Below, piece after piece: positions 56,700-64,000 of a stretch of 64,000 nucleotides of DNA. This DNA comes from Anthoceros angustus (taxonomy: Eukaryota > Plantae > Anthocerotophyta). The DNA lies in the NCBI GenBank assembly GCA_010909165.1, contig VJWM01000134.1, forward strand, positions 434,001-498,000. Reading direction: 5' to 3'. The position numbers and the translations under genes were made by a program. The notes beneath the pieces are model-generated. The model was not told the DNA's origin, searched no databases, and was given only the letters and a program-made list of their open reading frames with translations. Within the stretch, counting starts at the first letter, position 1; each line of letters opens with the position of its first letter.

Positions 56700-59400
56700 T
56701 TAGGGAATGCTCAAGAAGTGGCTCGACACTAGCCAATCGCTTTTATGCCTTACCACGATACATACAGAAAGTCGAGAGACATCTTGGAGGTGTTTAGTCA
56801 CCTACCACTTCTCAAGTTGTATAGGCCAGGGCTACAAAGGATGCAAAAGAGATCCAACTAGGAGCATTGTTGTTGAAGAATGTCGTGAGGCTTGCACAAA
56901 CTTGAAGGCGTTCAAGTTGGAGACCATTTTGCAGCAAGGAACACCTGCTCAACGCATTTTATCTCAAGATCTCCAAGACAATCACCTTGTTGCTACGCTT
57001 TCCCACCACATTGGAGTCGCAGGAGGCGATCCATCGAGCCCTAAGCACAAGGCGGGGAGGGCATGCCTCGTGAGATCGGTTGGGTGATGGAAGGAGATCA
57101 AGATCGACATCCTTTCGCCACATGTTAAGGCCACCATCGTCCACTTTTGGGAATCGCCCGTCCTTCATCCAACACAAAAGATATGTTGCGAATAGCACCG
57201 AAAACGTTCATCAAACATATCACGCACTCTGGACATGTCACGGTATGTGGAATATGTGTGAGTTGAAGTGTTGATTGTACATTGTTCTTCTCAAGGACGA
57301 ATGTGGAAGTTTGGCTTGCTAGGTTGTTGTGAAGGTTGTTCTTGATCGAAGGGCGTGTCTTGGGTCCTTCTAACCGCTTGTGTTTCCTTCCTCATACAAC
57401 CGTAGGGTGTCTTCCTATTGGGCAACTAAGTGGTGACTGCTATGCCGCCAAACAGACAAATTGAACGAGTGTTACATGTTATGTTTGTGTGGGTTACGCC
57501 ACCGGGACCCAAGCTTGCATGTTTGACCCCAATGTCCTATGCTCACATATGATCCGCGACTCCATGTGGCCTCCATTGTGGGTTTGGTGTTGCTTTTACC
57601 AGTAGGTTTCTTAGGCGATTGTGTGTTCTTCGTGACATGTGCAGAGTTCTACCTTCGCTCACAAGAACACCCGGAAATACAAGTTGGGCAACGGTCATTC
57701 GAGAAGTTGAAGCCGTTCTTTGTTAAGAGCTTGCAAGAGCGCAATCTCCGCTTGCACCATGTGGAAAATGGCGCTCCTTAAAGATGCCTTCAATAACCTC
57801 CGGGCATGTGGTTCACCCGTGGCGATGTCATTGTTCTGCGGTGTGCTCATCCTTTTGGCTCAAGAGCTTCATTGTAACGCTGCCTCCACTTGTTTGGCTT
57901 GATCGAGGACACTATGTGAGCGTGTTCTTTGTGCAAAGGGTGAGGATGCACCGGCATTCCCCGCATGCTTGCTAGAACATGTGACAAGTGTGGTGTCAAC
58001 ACACTTCCCTTCTGGCCTTCAGAGACATGTTTGGATATTCAGGCAAATGCTTTTCTTAAGTGGCGTTGTTTTCAATATCAGGTAGTCGGAAAGGATGCTG
58101 ATGGCAACGACAAGAAAAGGATCAAACTAGTGTTTAGGGAAACACATCCTTCCGTGTTTGTGGAGTATCCGGTAAGGTCAAGGAGTTTCGCTTTCATGAT
58201 TACATCCAGTGTGGGGATAGAGTTACATTGTCTCGAATGGTTCCACAGGATGTTGTGGTTTCGATCGATTTTGCTCAACTATGCATTTGGGGTCCAATGA
58301 GATTCAATCCATGCCGCGACCAGTGTTACTATTTTGGTGTTGGTTTTTACAGCGCAATGGCCTGTTGATGAGGACCGCATCAATTGAGAAGTACTATCAC
58401 TTTTATATTAGCGATGACATGGTCCATGACACTCTATTTGTGCAACACTTTGCTAAAAAAAGTGGCGGATGCGATGCGGATTCCCTCAACCTCGAGAACA
58501 CTGCTGGTCGATGGGGCAGAATTCAAAGCGTGTCGACCTAGCTACTTCATTGCTCGGTATCCTAGCATCATGTGGGTGCAACATGCTTTGGTCTTATTTT
58601 GGAAGTGGGCACGGAAGGGGAGCACGATGGTGGTGCCATCTTGAAGCTCTGCCGCAGAGTCCCCTCACTGGCGGGATGGAAAATGCAGATGTGGAGTACC
58701 ACAGAAAACATCTTGGTGCACTCTTATGCAAGTGCTGATCATGCAACAAGTTTTGGCTCATTGGAAAGACAGAGGTAAACCAATAACAAATTTGGTTGTG
58801 ACCCCATACCTGGATCCAAGCAAATGCACATCCTGTATGGTTGTGACATGCATGACCCCACGCAATTGCGAATGCGGAGCCTTGCATGTTTCTGTGCAGA
58901 GTGTATGGAGAGCAACCATTCAGCGTGTGAAATGGTGCCTCATGTTGGCTTTTGGAGGTTAGTGCGAATCACACCTCATGGACAGGCTGCTGGCCCCAGA
59001 CAAACACGACAAGCGGTTGACCAGCAAGTCCCTGCACTGATGATTGCTGATCATGCACTTCCAACAATTGAAGCAGCTGAGGATGATGATGTTGTTGATG
59101 TCTCGAGATGGCGTATATCTTGGAAGTTGGAGATAACTTGTCTTGCGCACCGCAGATGAAGGGCTGGATTTTTACTGTGACTTGCACTAAGGCCAAGCAC
59201 ACGTTATCGAGTCTCGGATTGCCCTTGGAGTAAAAGAGAATTCCAGTGAGGAGGTGGTTGTTGGACAATACTATATGTTGGAAAAGCATTTGCCCGAGTG
59301 TGTATAGCTTGCCTTGGGATCCGGAGGAATGCATTTTGCCACTCAAATTGTTCGGACATGCAAGTTCACAATGGCACCACATGGGCACGATGGAGAAGTC
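56700..59400 (+). mobile_element. Degenerate DDD transposase, Sola (Sola2)-like
   Basis: Across frameshifts: GQRSFEKLKPFFVK; SIDFA.NYAFGVQ/NEIQSM; QVTILV; HFYISDDMVHDTLFVQH; W.DG..AEFK; WSYFGSGHG.GEHDG; MRSLACFCAECM. Superfamily assigned from recalled motif pattern only. Confidence 0.7.
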
Positions 59401-59544
59401 CAGTATAGGCTAACCACCAAGCCTGAACAAGTCACCGCTATGTCTATGAAAGCAACCGAGGAAGGTGAGTACTCTTACGTGGACTAGTTCGTGGTTCATG
59501 ATCAACTGGTTGTTCACAACGATTACTGCATCGCGCGGAGAACG

Positions 59545-60005
59545 AATTAATCGTGCCCCGATGTTATTTTCACATTGTTGGGGCGCGCGTTTATCGATCT
59601 GCTATGTTGTCACTGCTTCGGGTGCCGAGTTTACTACACTATGTTGTCACACTATACAGCTTTGCAAGGTCAGCTGCCACAAAATGTTTTTGGCTCAAGA
59701 CTTGTGACCCAAATTCGTGCTATAACGTCGCTTTTGCCGATATATGTTGCTGTTCGATAGATCATGTTCATTCTGCCTTTGAGATGAGCACAACCCGATG
59801 ATGAACACTGCCGCGAGGAGGACAACGAATGCAATGTGCCCGAGGTTTCTATTTTCACATTGCTCCGGGCCGCGCTTTGTGCATGTTGTCACCTGCTTCG
59901 GTGCCGAGTTTACTAGACTATGTTGTCACTATATGGTTTGCAAGGTGGCATGTTTGTTTTTGGCTCAAGACTTGTGACCCAAATTCGTGCTATAACGTGC
60001 TTTGT
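59545..60005. repeat. ~290-bp period tandem duplication
   Basis: TTTTGGCTCAAGACTTGTGACCCAAATTCGTGCTATAACG at ~59688 and ~59958; flanking sequence also aligns. Confidence 0.88.
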
Positions 60006-60066
60006 CGAGCATATTTCGCTGCCCTAGATGTGCGTGGGAGTGGAGCTCAAGTTTGATAAATGATGC

Positions 60067-60384
60067 ATGGGTATGTGGGATGTGGGATGTGGGATGTGGA
60101 TGTGGGTATGTGGGGATGTGGGATGTGGATGTGGGATGTGGGTATGTGGGTATGTGGGGATGGGGATGTGGGATGTGGGGATGTGGGGATGTGGGATGTG
60201 GGGATGTGGGGATGATGTGGGGATGGGGGGGATGTGGGGATGGGGATGGGGATGATGTGGGATGTGTGGGATGTGGGATGTGGGATGTGGGATGTGTGGG
60301 ATGTGGGGATGTGGGATGTGGGGATGTGGGGATGGGGATGATGTGGATGGATGTGGGATGTGATGTGGGGATGTGGGGATGGGG
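60067..60384 (+). repeat. Degenerate (GGGATGT)n G-rich satellite
   Basis: About 320 bp composed of GGGATGT/GGGGAT variants. Confidence 0.97.
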
Positions 60385-61599
60385 TTACTCGCCCGCTTGT
60401 TAGGTTACTCCCGAGGCCGCTTTCACAATCCTTCACCGCTTATTTTGACGGACAGTCCGTTAGTGCGGCGTTAGGCGGTGTTATGATGTGGACTCTTCAT
60501 TCACACCGGGGCCAGGGGCGTGGAGGGTCCATGGCAAACCAAACTTCGGGAGTTCGGAGGGAGACGCGCCATCAGCCGGCCAGAAGTGTCTACTCACCTT
60601 CCGCCTGCATCAAGACGTTGAATGTGAGGAGGATGCTTTTGATTCACCGTCACGCTTGTGCTTGATGAGGATAACGCAATGCCTCAAGGATCGCACGGCA
60701 GCCAGGCATGTTGTGATTCCGCTCCGGTTGGAATGTCAAGCTTGTATCCTTTGGATCTTTCAAAGCATCCGATCCGACTTGGGAGTTGGGGTATCTTGGA
60801 TCGTAGGAATGCTAATGAAGGCACGTTAGAATTTGCAAAAGGCCCGTCGCTGCGCAGGATCCGAGCATGCTGAGGCCGAGGTGGGTGTCGTGGACGCAAG
60901 CCGCACATGCTATGTGCAAATTCAAGTTGGAGCATGACATTCAAGGTTACTAGCTTCGAGCGTTCAAGGTGCAAAAGGAGTTCTGGACAAAATTCAAACA
61001 TTGGTGCAGTGATCCGCTTAAACTGAGACAATGCGCCTATGACTCGGGAGGCTCTGGTGACTGCAACCCCGACCAGCAAGAGGTTGATTGTCCACATTGA
61101 AGGTTCTAACGGCAATAACAAATAGGTTTGAAAACGAAAGAGGACGCCGGGTGGTAAGCACCACCGTGGTTTCAAGTTCATGTGTTGTCCTTGAAGACCG
61201 CAACGCTTGTCGAGAAGTTGTAGTGGCTATAGCAAGCATGAAGGCGTTAAGAACTTTGTGGATGTGTTTGCTTTGCCCATCGCTCACCTTGACTGCTAGT
61301 GAAATTCTTTATCTCCGTAAATGGCCCTAGTTTTCCCATTTTCAATCATTGCAAACAAAGCGACTCCATGCACTCTTTGTCATGTCGGACTCTTGGTCAC
61401 GTTGGCCTCAAATCTTTGGTCCCCTATGCCGGGTTCGATGTCGTTGAAAGGATCGAGGTCGAATTTTCAAAATCTATCCCTGATTGGCCATCTAGGCCTT
61501 GCTTTCCTTACACTTGGGGCATGTTTGTAGTAATCATGTCACCCACCCACCTTTCGGTGGCCTTATGCACACGAGTGGCCTCACGATTGGCAATTTAAA

Positions 61600-64000
61600 G
61601 CCGTAAAGATTTTCTTGGTGGTGACACATCAGACATAATGTCCACCACCAGTCCTTATGCATCCCCTTTATTACCACCTCCGTTTCACTTTGTTGAGTAC
61701 CTTCGTTCCACGTCGGCCCCACCTTAAAGATGCAACGTTATACGGCCAAAAGGCGGCGTAGTGCACAAAGGCACTGTGGACCCGGTTGATCCGTTTGGTA
61801 GTTCCATCTCCCAGGTGCGTTCAACTCCGCAGAGGCGCCCCTGCGTCGCTCCCTTCTCCGCTTTGCGTGGGTCCATTTGACTTAGGGTTTGTCCTGCACT
61901 CCTCCACGTCTTCCTCCGCACGGCCGCAATTCTTCGGGAAGGTGTCCTCCTGATCCTGCAGGACCGGCTCCGTCTTTAATCTGGACAGGAAGTCAGCGTT
62001 TTGGTGTTGCCGCCCTTGCCTGGTCTCCACCTCAAAGGTGAACTCCTGTAGCAACAGAATCCACCTCGCAATTCGTCCGGACAAGTCTGCCTTGTTCACC
62101 AAATGCTTGAGCGCGAAGTGATCGACATAGAACACAAACTCATTGGGCAGAAGGTAATGCCTGAATTTCTTAACTGCGTATACCATCGCCTCTCGCTCGT
62201 GTAGTGTACCGTTCAGCATCGTGGTGTCTTCCGTAGTAGATTGGATGGTCCCTCGCTTATCGTCCTTTTGGTGACACCACTCCAATGGCAAAAGGCATCC
62301 ACATACATGGAATCGCTTTCCCGGTCGGACCTTTCGTCTTGGGGCAGCGATCGGTAGGAGGTCTCAGATGCCGCCTCCCTCTACAGTGTCCAGGTCCACT
62401 CCTCCTTCTTCAGTACCTCCGTTAGCTTGGCGGCCCGCTTTGCAAAGTCTGGATGGCGCCTGTAGTAACCCACCATGCCGGGAACCCCGCTCCTTCAAAT
62501 TCGTGAGTGAGGTTTGGATGACCTTCACCTTGTCTTGGTCACTTCTATCCTCGCGACACGATGTCCAACAAGATTCCTCGTCATGCGAGTAGCATTTCTC
62601 GGATGCGAGCCTGATTGGGTCTCCTTACAGCGTTCCAAACACTTCATAAGTGTCCAACGTGCTTTTCCTCTTCCCGTGCATAAAGTCGTCCGAGGAATAC
62701 CTCCATGAAGTCCCTTAGGAAGTCACGAAGACATTGGTCACCATCCGCATGAATCCGGTGCTCTGTCATCCCGAACTTCATGGCGAGCGTTCCCCACTCC
62801 GTGGTGAGCGTTGTCTTATCCCGATCCGACTCCGTAGGTGCGGTTAGTTGTAAGATGTCAGTCAAAAGGAGTAAGTACTTCGTCCTGCCACCTTGTCCAG
62901 TATGTCATCTACGAAGGGCATGGGAAAGTGGTCCTTCTCGGTAGCGGCGTTGAGTTTTCTCCAATCCTGACAGACGCGAATCTGGCCTTGTTGTTTCTTG
63001 GGCACGACTACGATCGGTGCTACCCACTCACTGTTCACGATCGGGAAGATGATGTCCGCCTCCAAATATTTGTCCAGGACCTCTTTGACCTTCAGCGAGT
63101 GTTTGGGATTTAGCTTATCTTGGATCCGAGCACTCCGCTTCGGTCTATCGGTGTCCCTTGTTTGAATGCCTTTCATATCCGTGACCTTGAAAGCGAACAC
63201 CTCGCTGAATTCCCCCAACAACTGTGTGAGGTCTCGTTTCAACTCTGCCGGCATACCCTTGCGAATTTTAGGAATTTCCACAGGCGGACCTCCACGTCTT
63301 CCACATCGTCGGGATTGGCCAGTCTCCCTTTCTCTTCTTTGGCCTCGTCGAGCCGTCATCCTCCACCGAGGTTCATCTTCACGCATTCCCCACTCTCGGG
63401 AAGTTCGTAGTGAGCAGGTCACTTCCTCGTTCCGCCTCTTCATCCTCTTGGACCCTCCTCTTCGCCGCCCTCGGCTCTTGTTACATTAGCCACCGGAAGC
63501 AATCGGCGACCTCCTCGTCCACCACCTCGCTCCAAGGCGTCCCTCGGTAATCCATCTCCTCCTCCGAACCACGTGATTTTGGGGAAAGGGTAGCATCCGT
63601 GTCTTCCCTTTCATCATCGTCTATCCTCGGCCGGTGTACCCCTCGATGGTGCTCACGGTTTCCCCGGTATGTCCTTACTGCTCCAAGTGGCGCCTCTTCC
63701 TTCTCTTACCTTCGGATCCCAATCCACGGGTTTAAAGTGGATTTCCTTCTCACCAGTGTAACCGTGAGCAAGTCCAAGCCACGGGCTAGCGATGTTCGTA
63801 CCCTAGAGGCCCCGTGGCTTTGATGACCACAAAGTCCAGCGTGTACGGTGCTCCTGAGATATTAGCTTGTACTGCGAGCAATTCCCCTGCAGGCGCACGT
63901 CTCGACATGTCCGCCATCCTTAGGGTCTTGGTGGAGTGTTGAGGTTGGTAAACCCAGTGCGGTGGCCTCCGTAATGAGGTTAACCCCCGATCCCGTATCC
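61600..64000 (-). mobile_element. Second Ty3/gypsy pol, degenerate: protease-RT-RNase H-start of integrase zinc finger
   Basis: DTGSGVNLIT at the window end; SEWVAPIVVVPKK..RVCQDWRKLN..DHFPMPFVDDIL; VFLDDF (one extra G); MVYAVKKFRHYL..YVDHFAL..ARWILLLQEF..NADFLSR; MH..GGGHY..TTKKI. No DNMT insert between protease and RT. Confidence 0.93.

Noticed and set aside
60400-61590. Integrase/chromodomain of the gypsy, or a MULE/hAT fragment
   Set aside because: Isolated CxxC and YHP-like bits, but no DDE motif could be reconstructed in any frame; left unassigned.

Overview
Eukaryotic land-plant nuclear DNA. A hornwort is most likely and a fern or lycophyte is possible; this is inferred from a DYW:KP-type PPR gene, short introns and GC-rich host genes. 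Host genes: a PLS-PPR-DYW:KP editing factor, exocyst SEC8, an RCC1/RUG1-2-like gene, a histidine phosphatase (PGM-like), plastid-type ABC-F, an F-box gene plus its wrecked paralog, a secreted L-type lectin and a divergent PLATZ gene. These alternate with transposon islands. Two islands stand out. (1) 1-5292 (-) is a Ty3/gypsy-type LTR retrotransposon whose pol carries a DNMT3-like C5 cytosine methyltransferase domain between the protease and the RT; motifs I, III, IV, VI, VIII, IX and X are recognisable across frameshifts. (2) ~24.9-35.4 kb holds an intron-containing Crypton/DUF3504-type tyrosine recombinase gene, arranged divergently from a spliced orphan gene around a repeat-rich promoter module that recurs at 5.4-6.7 kb. 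Also present: a degenerate Sola-like DDD transposase, a second gypsy pol, a copia RNase H fragment, a solo LTR and many local tandem duplications. Several repeats show small-indel noise that may be long-read consensus error, so some 'pseudogene' calls could be assembly artefacts. All motif calls were made by eye from manual translation; no searches were run.
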